Below, in pieces: positions 36,734 through 48,386 of a DNA stretch of 64,000 bases. Every line of letters starts with the position of its first letter. Position 1 is the stretch's first letter. The translations under genes were made by a program, and so were the position numbers. This DNA comes from Phoronis australis. Lineage: Eukaryota; Animalia; Phoronida. The notes under the pieces were generated by a model. It saw nothing but the letters and a program-made list of their open reading frames with translations, was not told the DNA's origin and did no database searches. The stretch lies in assembly GCA_002633005.1 (NCBI GenBank), contig NMRA01000052.1, forward strand, positions 150,613-214,612. Reading direction: 5' to 3'.

Positions 36734-39700
36734 TCATACCATAAGGGCACCAAAGAAAGTGTACTTGCGGTCATTTTGTACCAAACTGATGTTAGAAGCT
36801 TTCACCATCAGTTGGTCGCCGGCTCTTAGCCAAACAACCCCACCAATGTAGTTGGTGGACTCTTCAAAATCTTTGTCTTTCGACACGCATTTCGTCTGTT
36901 TCGACTTGAAAGCCTCTTTTTCTATCCCTGAGTGTGATTTGTAGATGGCGTGCCAAACGTACTTGTGCTGGAACGGAGATGGCTTGGGAGTGGAACGGTG
37001 CACGAACTCGACGAAATGAACCTGACTGTAAACGTAATAATGGCCTTCCTCGAGAATCTTCAGCCTGCCGTTGTTGAGGGAGAAACCACGGTCAGCTGTA
37101 GTTCCCTTGCCTTTGTGAACCCACTTGGTAATGGGCTTCTCACCTGCGTGAGAAATTCGTAATATGGAACCACGTAACGTTGAAAATACGGTACGTGTCT
37201 AAGTTGTTTACTGAAAGGGGGTCACTGCGTAAAGTCAAATTGTATCATAACGCAGTTCTCTTTTCCGTTTTTCTTCAGTTGTTAAGAATAATTCAACATC
37301 GATATTATCATAAGTGTATAAAACACACACTTTCCTCTAAAAAGTAGATAAATGTCGACATTTTGATAGGTCAGCGTTTGTTTACGTGCAGGTATGCTTT
37401 TTAAAGTTTAAAAACTCATTCAGCCTGTACAAAATAACCCGGATGTGTGATTTGTTGCATTTCCAACGCACAAAGCGTTGAACTTTGTATTTTGAATCTT
37501 TGTCTTCCGACTTCGAAAGCGCGTGCTTGCAGCAAGCCTTGGCCCCTCCCTTTCTAGTGCTGCCTGTACGTACATACAATCAAAGATTTTATAGATACCT
37601 TTGATTCAATGCAGAAAATGACCATAATCTTCAACCATGTGGCAGGGCTTAGAGTACCTGCCAGCTTCGTTTATCAACACTTTTCACCGAACGTTTAGAA
37701 AACCATATTGCCTACCTTGGTTTATACACGTAATTTGACGTAACTGATCAGGTTTTACTGACGCTTTGGTGTCAATACTTACCTTTGTACTTTTCCATTT
37801 TTCCTTCAGCAACTAAGTGAATCACAGGCTTTGGAGATTGCTTGACATCGTGGGGAGGATTTGCTGTAAACAAAACAAATGATCTGGGTTCCAGACTACC
37901 ACAAGTGACAGAGTCAGCTTGTGAACAAGGATACATTTATACTTCAGGCAAGAAACAAAAATCAGAATCATTGTGTAATACAGATCACTGGTACATAAAC
38001 TGCAATAAAATATCAAAATAAAATGAAAACACTTTCATATCAGAACGCACCAAGCTGTCATTTATCAACGCTTTTTGCAAAACGTTTAGAAAACGATATT
38101 GCGTATCTCGGTATGTACGCGTAACTGATCTGATTTTGTTGACCCTTTCGGGTGTCAACAGTTACCTTTGATCGTTTCCATTTTTCCCCCAGTAACCAAG
38201 TGGGTCACAGACCTTGGATATTGCGTGTTCAACTCAGCTCGCTTGGCGTCGTCGGGGGGATTTGCTGTGAACAAACCAAGTGATCTGGGTTCCAGACTAC
38301 CACAAATGAACGACTTCGTCAGCTTGTTAACAATGATAGGTTTGAAGGTAAGACAAAAATAACAGTACCAATCATTAAGTAATGCAGATCACAGCTACGT
38401 AAACTGCAATAAAACAAAATAAAATAAAATAAAAACACTTTTATAATAGAAATCCCTGAGCTGGTACAGTTCAAATACATGAGGGTTAAACATTTTTTAA
38501 ATGCTGAAACAAAAAGTCCGACTAAACGAGACAAAAGTCCACAGGAATTCTGCGCGGATGTACGATTCGTAGGCCTGAACCTATAGACCCGTTTCATTGT
38601 TTTTTTTAGTCCTCGTTGATTTTTGTCAGTGAAAGGTACGCATACCGAAAAATTCGAGCCCCCTCAATATTTTAGGCTGGGTGCGCGCATGGACATGAAC
38701 TATAAAATAGTAACAGTCATTTGAGAGAGACTTTTCGTCATTTTTGTTAAGAACCCCGGAAAAAATTTGCGACACACGTCCACGTTTAACGAAACGTACT
38801 AATCAGTATTTTTAAAAACTAGTAGCATTTATTAGCAGAAAATGAAACCTGTCATTCTGCAATTGCCTGTATGAAAATCGCGAGCACGTGATGTGGGTGG
38901 TTACTTGTGCCGCTTCCTTCAACCGCTTTGCGTCCTGTAGCCCCCCCCCCCCACATATTTCAGTGATGGGCAGCCCATGACAATGGTTTGGTCTGCACAA
39001 AAATGCGGAGGGTTTATTGTTTAAAGACAAAAACACCGACATCAAGGTTAAGAAGGAAATATGGGCAACTTTCGTCATTTCGGAATACAATTGAATAAAT
39101 AAAATAATAACACGTTTTGCCGCAATTTATGTGTCGCCTTGGAAGATACTCTCCACCTTCCCTCCACATTTCCGTTAGAAGTCTCACAAAACGAAATTAT
39201 CATCAAGTGGTGAAAAACTGAGCTTCCGAATAAACTTATTTTTTCGAAAGAACAAACTTTACTGAAATTAAGTGGCACAGCTTTGGTATTATGACATCTT
39301 CAGTCGAGTCAAGTGACAGAAACGACGGAATAAAAAGGACAACATGAATCTATCGCGACACATTTCGGCTATCGTGTCCATTACGAAAATTTACATACAC
39401 GTATCAGTTACACGTACAGAGTGCTTAAAAACCGTAAATCTTCTCCGTTAATAAAAGACGACAAGCATGATAACAAAATCGTTTTCTTTGCGAGCACATC
39501 CAAGATACCTCTCTCTATATTAGAAAATGAAAATTAATTTGATATTGTACTTACACTTATAACTGGATGACTCAAAATCTGCACGCCACAATACCTTTTT
39601 CAGGTAAAACAATTTGGAGCTCCAGTTTGAGAGCTCAGAGATAAAATTTTGGGTCCAGGCATACATGTATCAAACAGAACCCTGTTTTTTAATTCAAAAT

Positions 39701-41738
39701 ATGTCAACTCAATGCGTAATGTACGTTTTCAACCAAATTTTTCTCAACAAAGGACACACGTATCTATATACAATCAGTTTGTAGGCCAAAATTGTGAACA
39801 GGCTGTCGCAAATATGTTCACAAAATACCTGAATAGTAGAAAATGGTTTTCCTAAGAACTAAATGCGATCTTTGAATTGCAGAAAGCACAAAGGTTCGCA
39901 CCTAGACCTGCAGTGAGAGTCAACCGTGGAGCCTTTTAGAAGGACAGCAAACCCGGTTTCGGCCTAGTAACAAATACTAAAACAACTTTCCCATTCAGGT
40001 CTCCGAACAAAATAAAGCTTTGTAAGCCTCTTCAACTTTCAAAAGTTTGGAAGGAAATTTGAAAAAATCGTTTCGAATTCTGCTAAATGAGTAAGGGTGA
40101 CCTACGCTTTTAGCGAAATACACGGCAACTGTAGGAAATGACCACCCACCATGGACCGTTATGTCCAATCTGTGACACAGGGAGTATGAGTTTTTAGTTG
40201 GTTCCTGCCTTTAATTTATGAGATTTACGCCAATAATGCATTAGCAGGTGACACAACGAGGATTGGTTGAAATCGTCAAAAAAGGGCTCAGTATCCTTTT
40301 CTTGAACTTGCCAAACAAAATTTTAAATTCCTGGCTAAGGAAAACACAATTACTTCTCCGTCTTTGAGCTCATATTTTAGGGTTTTTTTACGAACGTTTT
40401 TAGTTACCTTGTATTTAGGCAACGCTTTTTGTGACGAGTCTATACTGGCACGGGTTCACTTCCAAAATTGTGTTTGTAGGCTATTTTTTCAACCACTGTT
40501 CACAAGTTACAAAGTCGTGAATTATTTACCTCTACGTTGTTCTTCTCTACAAGTGCAATTTGAAATCTGAAAGGAAGAGGAAGTAAATATACCTCACCTC
40601 GACAATATATCTTTTAAGCCTCTAAAATAAATAAATTCTGCATGATTAGAACTAACAAAATAAGATATAAATGACGATGACTCATAGAAAGGTTTGTATA
40701 AGGGTTATTCGCAGGGACCAGATGCAATTTAAATACACCAACTGTGGCTTAATTAAACTCATTGTACAGTACAAAGGCGGTCAATCAGGTGGTTGACTGT
40801 TGAGAATACTAGACGTTAACAACACAACGGAGTTGAAAAAACATCAATGGAATGCGTAGCGGAGACCGGAGTTGGTTCCGCCTCGGGCATCTTCGGCAAC
40901 TGGGCATACCTAACACAAAAAACAAGATACGGCGTTGGTGCTATTGGTAAAAAATCACCTGGTTTACAGTTATTGTGAAAGTAAAACAGTGAACTTTTGA
41001 AGGTATACATCAGACTAGGAAACAAAAAATGTTCCACTTGCTAGGCTCGCTTTTGTTTCAATTTTCGTTGTTCCTCACTAGATGCCCCGGATATAATTCA
41101 TATAAACAGACGTGTATTCCTGTGGAGAAACGGCAGTGAAAGTAAGGATCATTCAACTATCATGCAATAATTCTGCAGAGCCACGAAATAATTTTTAAAA
41201 ACTATGGGCGTAAGCCAAGCCAGTAGAACACTCACGCAAATTCACGACTTTCACACAAATTGCAAGCGAATACTCTCTCTCAAACACTTACAGCTTTCAC
41301 CGCGTTAATGAAATTCTCGATATCAGGAAAGCAGCACATCTGGACTCCTTCTTTCACGAAGTATTTCTCAATAGCTTCACCCAAAGATCGCTCACACGGC
41401 AGACAGAAGTGCTTGGACTGCACGTTTTTCTCGTAACTGTTAACCGATTGTCCAAAGACATCCAACCTTCCCTCTAAATCCAAATTTTTCAAAGCAACAT
41501 ACACTACAATTGCAGCGAGAATGAATTCGCTGATGATGAGAACAAAAATAACGCGTTTAAATGCTGTAGTGGAGCTGCCATCTCTTTCTTCTTGCACGCG
41601 CTCACATTCGCCGTGGCTCGACGATTGGTCCATTACTTTCAACGGAGTCGTGGATTCACAGGAGGACACCAACGAAACTTCACTTGGTTTTGATCCAATT
41701 CGAGCTACTTTGCATCTTTGTCCTTGCCACTTCGACAT
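36734..41738 (-). CDS. TNF ligand superfamily member B (TRAIL/TNFSF10-like); exons 41738-41292, 40566-40530, [38264-38166 and/or 37863-37783], 37143-36734 (324/330/357 aa)
   Basis: TM helix VIFVLIISEFILAAIVVYVAL, CLPC-x19-CC, 37-nt exon 2 (ISNCTCREEQRR). THD exon has LKILEEGHYYVYSQVHF, QTKCVSKD, YIGGVVWLRAGDQLMVKAS and TFFGALMV*. Splice sites are canonical and in frame. Confidence 0.9.
37783..37863 (-). CDS. TNF-B exon 3b (81 nt): NPPHDVKQSPKPVIHLVAEGKMEKYK
   Basis: Acceptor ttgttttgtttacag, donor AAG|GTAAGT, open frame, phase 1-1; canonical KPxxHL strand-A motif. Confidence 0.8.
38166..38264 (-). CDS. TNF-B exon 3a (99 nt): NPPDDAKRAELNTQYPRSVTHLVTGGKMETIK
   Basis: Acceptor ttgttcacag, donor AAG|GTAACT, open frame, phase 1-1; homologous to exon 3b and to TNF-C exon 3. 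Confidence 0.65.
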
Positions 41739-42887
41739 TGTTTTCGAAAATATAGTCAATCAGTTCAGTTGAAAAAAGTATGTACACTCTACCCCGTTTA
41801 GTAGCTCGTCGCCCCCGGAGCTGCGCAAAAAGCGTATTGGGAGGCCAGCGCCTGGCAAATTGTCAACATGAAGGATAACGAAACTACCTTAATCGGTCAT
41901 ACATTTAGGTCACGATATACAAAAAGACAATAAACCTATTTGTCTATTTCGAAGAAATGTTCATATCCGCCATGACACGATGCACCTAAGACTTGCGGAT
42001 TGTTGTGAGGTGAAAAAATCAATGTAAATAATGTTCGGAATTTGTAAATAAAAGTGCATTTATGTATTGAAGTTGACTGTTTATTGAGTAGTTATATAGA
42101 GTGATAGGAATCCATGTGCGTGGTTCAGTTGGATTCCCAGTTAAAAGTGATGCAATTCGTGGGGCATCAATGAAGCATGAATATCATGCACAAATCTGAT
42201 CAGAATTACATAAGCCGACTCTTGATCCACCCTTCAACAGCTGTTTCGCCGATAGGAGGCGTTATTGTGGCGTGGGTCGTGCAGAGGCACTGTAAATTTC
42301 ACACTGGGTATTGCGTTGTAGTGCACTGAAAAAAAAAAACAAAACCGGCGTAAAAGTCCAAAACATTTTCAGTTGTGAGCATAAAACTGGCATTATAAAG
42401 AACAGTCGGTGTTTCACAAGTACATAAATACGCAACAGATTAAAGTAACCTCGTTGATGAGTGCCCATGTGGGACTGATTCATGAAATCAACCACAGTCA
42501 CAGGTTGCATAAAATGTTCATGGCTTACTGAAAAACCACCACTATTTACTTAATTGTGGAAATCTCTCTGAAAACGGATTAATTTTATTGCACGGTGCCA
42601 ATTTTATTTTAACTTTTTTAATTATGTTTTCTATTTGATTTCTTGCCCAACGTCGGCAAAAGTAAAACTTTCTCTGCAGGTTTGTAGCACCTCGAATTTT
42701 AGCTTTTTTGTTCCAACACAAAAAGTCGCAGTTATTTTTTTAAAGTTTACTACTTATTTTTCGATTTTTAGAGACACATTAGAATGCACAATTTGTACAC
42801 AAGAGCTAGCCAGTGGCAGGAACACAATTTCACCGTTGCATTTCACTCAGTATCAAATAGTCAAAATGAATTTGATAATGAAGTTTT

Positions 42888-42971
42888 GTCATTATACATG
42901 TCATTATACATGTCATTATACATGTCATTATACATGTCATTATACATGTCATTATACATGTCATTATACAT
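42888..42971. repeat. Minisatellite (GTCATTATACAT)x7
   Basis: Seven perfect 12-bp units. Confidence 0.95.
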
Positions 42972-43254
42972 AGCCATATCACGAAATTTGTCAAATTCAA
43001 ATACTCTTGATAAATAAACTATTGCTATATGATCAACGTGATACAATTCTAGTGTTCTAAGATTTTGTCGTGGAGTATCGTGGATACCCGACACTCTTTT
43101 CATGTTGATTGACTGTCAGTGCCCTAACACTGTGTCCATAAGAAGGCAAACATTAAGGGGGCAGGGCGTAAACCAATTCGCCTTCTCTAAACTTGCCCCC
43201 CACCTCTATGATCCCAATTTTAATGCCCCCTCCCCCCCCTGTCGCTGCCACTGC

Positions 43255-43286
43255 NNNNNNNNNNNNNNNNNNNNNNNNNNNNNNNN
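43255..43286. other. Assembly gap (N)
   Basis: Run of N. Confidence 0.99.
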
Positions 43287-43502
43287 AATAGAATTCTATC
43301 GCAGGTTGCGAAATTCGGAGAAATGCGGGAATATATAACATTATCATGGAATTGAGTGGACGTAACATCGACTCGAATACTTGTGTTGTATAGTTTCGTC
43401 TATTTCGGACAGCGAAAGTGAGGCTTAAGGTCAAGATTCGCTTTGCTAGGGCCCAGTTAGGAGAAAGTTCATTTTATTACTTCCGTGTCCCAAGAGTGAT
43501 GA

Positions 43503-43612
43503 GGCTCTAGTTTGATTGCGTATGCATTGTATTTGGGCTCATGAATATTCATGAAAAGGCTCTAGTTTGATTGCGTATGCATTGTAGTGGGCGCATGAAT
43601 ATTCATAAAAAT
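43503..43612. repeat. Tandem duplication, 2 x about 55 bp
   Basis: ggctctagtttgattgcgtatgcattgta...catgaatattcat.aaa twice. Confidence 0.9.
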
Positions 43613-46600
43613 GACTTAAAATGATTTTGGGTTCTTTTTGTATTATTTCTGTGCATCGAAAAAAAAATTCTTGAAGAATATGAATTTGATAAATACTAGA
43701 AGGTGATGACCAATACATGGTTTTGTAAATTTCTACCACTGAAAACTTGAACAGAACGTTGCTTGATTTGTCAAAATTGAGAAATAAAGGCGAGAAGATT
43801 ATCATTTCTACTCATTCAACCAAGACAAACAACTATAACATATTTATATTAAATTTACAATAATTTCAGAGGAGTCTTATACACTTTATCTGGCAGGAGT
43901 CCCCCCCCCTCGTTTGGCCGTAGTGGGCAAAGTTCCGCTTTAGAGAAACAAAAGCTCCGAAAGAAGTAGAAAACGAGACAAAAGTCCACCAAAAAGGCAG
44001 GAACTACCAAAATTCGGCAAATGCCCAATTCACAGCTCTGAGCGTGCCCCGTGGATCTTAATAAAAGATCCAAATTCTCGAAAATTCGAGCGCCCTTTTT
44101 TTAGGTTAGGTGTGCATGTTGGTCAATTGTGTTGATTCCGGGAACGACGCACGCATTCAGCGAGTTCAAATGATTATCTCCGCTCGTATTCGCTATAACA
44201 GCTCACGGAGCGCCTATTCCACATGGAAAAGGTGAGTAAACCCGCTTTTGGTGTGCGCTCTTTCCGAAGGCCACAGAAATGATAACTTTACGAAAATTCA
44301 TTGAAACTTCCGAGAATCAATGTACGACATAAACACTAATCGTTAGCAGCCCCATTTATGAAACCCCGTGGCCCCGATTTCGATGTGCATACATTACTTT
44401 TGGGACACACCCCCGAAGTGACTGAAATTCATCAACCTACGTCACGATTCACCTAATTAGAGGTTTATTTCAGATTGGCACAAATTTTCCTAGTATGCAT
44501 TGTACTGTTTGGGGTTTGGGTAAATAGACTGCTTTCCGAATTTCACCAAGCATTTAAGCTGAGAATCGTCATCCATTTCTTCCAGAGTTAGTTTTTAATT
44601 GTCAAAAATTGTGGTTATATGTAAATCAGAAACCAATGAACCCTTGTAGGTTACCATGTTATGTTTTTGTACAAAAAAATATAAGGAATATTCTAATTTT
44701 TGCAGTGTGAATATCCCATTCAGTTGACCATACACTCAACTTAAAAGTAGTTGAAAAAGTTTTGAAATCTTTTTTTCTGTGAAAGTCAACTGCGCTTCAA
44801 GGTTTGATTATGTGTCACAACATAATTCATATTTTTCTAAATTTTACGTATCAATCGTTCTTTTAATGCATGCGTTGTAACTTTTTGCTTTCTTAATTCA
44901 AGTTATCAAGGCCCCAAATGTAAAGGCTCTTAATTAGAGAAATAGCCATGTTGGATGGTGAGGCTTACAGCCTCCAATCCTTTTTCCATGCAACTTCTTA
45001 TTTTTCAAATCATGCTTGTCGAATTCTAATGTAAGGAAATACCTGGTCGCCATGGTAATAATTAGGCATATTCACTTTCATATCATGTAAATTTATTTTT
45101 TGTTGGATAACGTTTGTAATGCTTAAATGTTCTAAAGTACTGTGCATTTTAAGTTACTTACTTTGGTAAAAGTTTAGATCATTTTGACTCGCATATAAAC
45201 TTTACTGTACTGAGATTATTTCAGTTGTGAGTTATGTACAGAAGCGGTAACCTTCAACTACCTTGAAAGTATTTCACTGTAGAAACCAATTATATAAGCA
45301 CTTGATTTTAATTTGAACTCTGGATTAAATCATAATCGTAATCTGATTTGATTTTTGATTTCTATGAATCAGTGACCAAAGCATGATAGAATTAACTTGC
45401 CGTAATAAGCGGCTGAAATAATATGTTCACTGGCATCTTCAGGTAATATTTCTTGATGCCTTGGGTTTATTATTATTTCAATAGATTAACTCATGAATTT
45501 AAAAAACCAAGTTCAGAAGACTTTCATTTCAAGTGTCCTTGTAATTGTTTCATTGAGATTGCCACCTCCACTCAAATTTCAATTATATACGTGGTTAAAT
45601 TAAAAGGTGACACACTTTTTACTCACTGCTGAAAATGAAAAAATTGAAAACTGCAATATTTTGTATCAGGCTAATCTGTTATACACTGGTCTTGACATCT
45701 CCTTGATGAAAAGCAATTTAATTATGCCAACAATTGGAGTTGAAAGGAATTATCATAAGAAGCAAGCAAAATTTTGGAGGGTTGATTGCTTGTAGCCATT
45801 GCAATACATAGCATTCTTCCTGGTCTGACATCACAGACAGTTATGTAACCACATATGACTGTTCTTAGAATTGACTCGGCTGAAGTCGGATAAGGTCATT
45901 ACTGCTGGGCTTTTCTCATTAACCAAGCTGTGTGGACAAGAACTGCCCTGTGCATCAGATTCACACGGTGCTATTCTTTGTTTTGAAAAGATGTTGTTTT
46001 GTCTTTAAACGAATAATGGAAGAATATAGGGTATGAAATAAAAAGAAATGTGGTTTATAAGCAATATTTTAATATGTATACACATAATAAAGTTTGCTTA
46101 TTGGTATTTGTTAATTCTACAACACAACTACATCCCACTTTGTGTGTTGAAGACCTTTGCCTATCTAAATTCCAAATTTTCAAGAAGGCCACGCGGTTAA
46201 CTTCATCGCACTCTTTCGAAAGTGGTGTGTTCACTGGCTTTCACTTAACGTATATGCTGAGCCTATTGACTTGCATCTTGCGATCGCATTGATAGAAGCG
46301 CGTGATGGTTGTCCATCGTTTTGTTTAAAAAACGTTTTTTTACGGCAGGAAATGATATCTTTCCCAAAATTTACTCTACTGTTTCCTTGTCCATGTGCAT
46401 CTGAAACTTAAACGTTTTTCAGAATATCTCGTCAACGTTTTGGGCGAAAAAATGGTAGTTGACTGAAGGGACGAATAATCGCCACATTGTGAAATGTCAA
46501 ATATACCTTCCTTGCTCGAATTATTTAGCGAATTAATGATAAAATGACTTTCACATTTGGTCAAATTGGAATTCAGATACTAAACATTTCCGAGTCGAGG

Positions 46601-48386
46601 TCATTGCTTCATTTTGGGATCTGAATACCAACATCTTGACCTTGGTCAAAATTTTTCGCTAACATATAGATGAACAACTTCTAGTAGAAGCTCATTCTGT
46701 CAACCTACTCATTATTAGAGACTGGCGTTTTTAAACCCAACGTACGTCAAAGCTCGGCGGATTACAATTATTTTTGGCAATTACCCGTTCTAAGATCGAA
46801 AAGCAATCACATTCTCGGCGAGTACTGGAGTGTTTAAAGGCATCGCGTTTCTTAATTTATGAGCATGTCTAATCTCTTGCTTGTCAGAATCCAAGTGTCT
46901 AATGGAAACCCGGTAGATACAGATGCGCGGGATAATAATTAGATATTCGGTCGCAAGAAACTCAAGACGTTCGTGTGGCATTCATTTATTATAGCTAAAA
47001 TTTTCATATACACATGTAATACAAAAGCTTTCACAGCGAAATTCAATAGCGGAAGCTCAAAAAAATAATTTCACAAAAATGCAAAATATGAACAATCTAC
47101 TTGAAATTATCCCACAGTTTTAAAAATAAGTAGAAAAAGGAGCACCTCTCACCCTATGGAGAGTTTAATAATTTTACAATTGTCGCGGCTAGACTTGAAA
47201 TTATTACTTTTGACATAGTAACAACTAGTTCCATAAAGTACAGTGATCATGACGCCTTAGTGTATATAAAAATGCTTACATATTGCGAGTAACTAAGTGC
47301 ATATTTTCAGCGAAATGCTTATCACATTGCTATACAATTTAGAAAAATAAAATTCCTGCAACATTGTAAAATATCAAAATATCGCAGTAGCTCAGTAACA
47401 GTATATCGTTAACACGGCTGTTTTCTAGCAACAAATTTATGGAAGCATAGATTCTCGAGCGACAAACCACGGTAAAACATTGATCCATTGCTAAAGATCG
47501 CAGGCTTGTACGTAAAAGGTTTTTTACGTGCAATGAGTTTTTCTTTAACTTTACGAAAGGCGATGTTCAGTGTTAGTCAATTTCATCGCTCATCTAGTAT
47601 TTCAGTGTACCACTATCAAGTAAAAAAATAAACTTAACACATTAAAATCAATATAACAGTGAAAACAACAGTACAGGTTCCGCATTTATAATCACAGCTT
47701 TTTCATGAACAAACATTTGCGCCGCCATTATCGTCGTTAACATTTTAACGAAACAAGCATGATTTGTTAATGTTTCGTAGTGGACGTAGCTACAGTATTT
47801 AGCTTAATAAACAAGTGAAAGTGACGATAATTGCGAGCGGTGACAAATATACAAAATCCCAGTAATAATACTGCAAACATCCACGCTGCCACTGAGATGG
47901 TGTGACGTTTGACCCACTCAACAAATTCTCGACTTAAGACGAGCAATACGTATACCAGACCTGTACCGCATCGTACACCTTACGAGCCAAATATGGAAGA
48001 CAAACTTGTAAAATTACGTTGCATTGACTTTTATTATGCGCTTTAGTTAACTTTTAGGAAAACGAAAATGGAAGTAGAAAGTGGTAAAGTAGTTCGAAAA
48101 AGTTGCCAGTAAAGCAGTCTTAAGTTTCATAGGCCCACAATGGCTTTGACATGTATCATAACTCCCAAACTCCCACTGTTGTCTTTATATCGTTGAGACA
48201 TCATATACCGTTAAATGTTTATTTTTAGATAACAAATATTATACTGGTGTATTACGCGTTTCTTGGTAGATACGGCTATTTTCCTTCACTTTGATAAAAA
48301 ACTGATATTGTCACACGAGCTGGGCACATTCTCTGACGAGACAGCTGCAGCATAAGTACTCGAGCCTCGGTTTGAAAGCACTGCTC

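Larger units (their letters stand above)
37660..38452. repeat. Diverged tandem duplication (2 x about 390 bp) containing TNF-B exon 3 and flanking intron
   Basis: Shared blocks such as tttatcaac..ttt...aacgtttagaaaac.atattgc, gatctgggttccagactaccaca and aaactgcaataaaa...aaacacttt occur at about 37660-38045 and 38050-38452. Confidence 0.9.

Noticed and set aside
39555-39578. Frame-preserving 24-nt micro-exon candidate (DFESSSYK) in TNF-B intron 2
   Set aside because: Good donor but no polypyrimidine tract, not needed for frame, and no paralog support.
40598-40621. 24-nt micro-exon candidate (RLKRYIVE) in TNF-B
   Set aside because: It would leave only a 31-nt intron before the real 37-nt exon 2 (40566-40530), and it has no counterpart in the paralogs.
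42635-43103. ORFs with repeating HYTC / MSLY / MYND peptides
   Set aside because: These are translations of the 12-bp minisatellite, not a MYND finger or a real protein.
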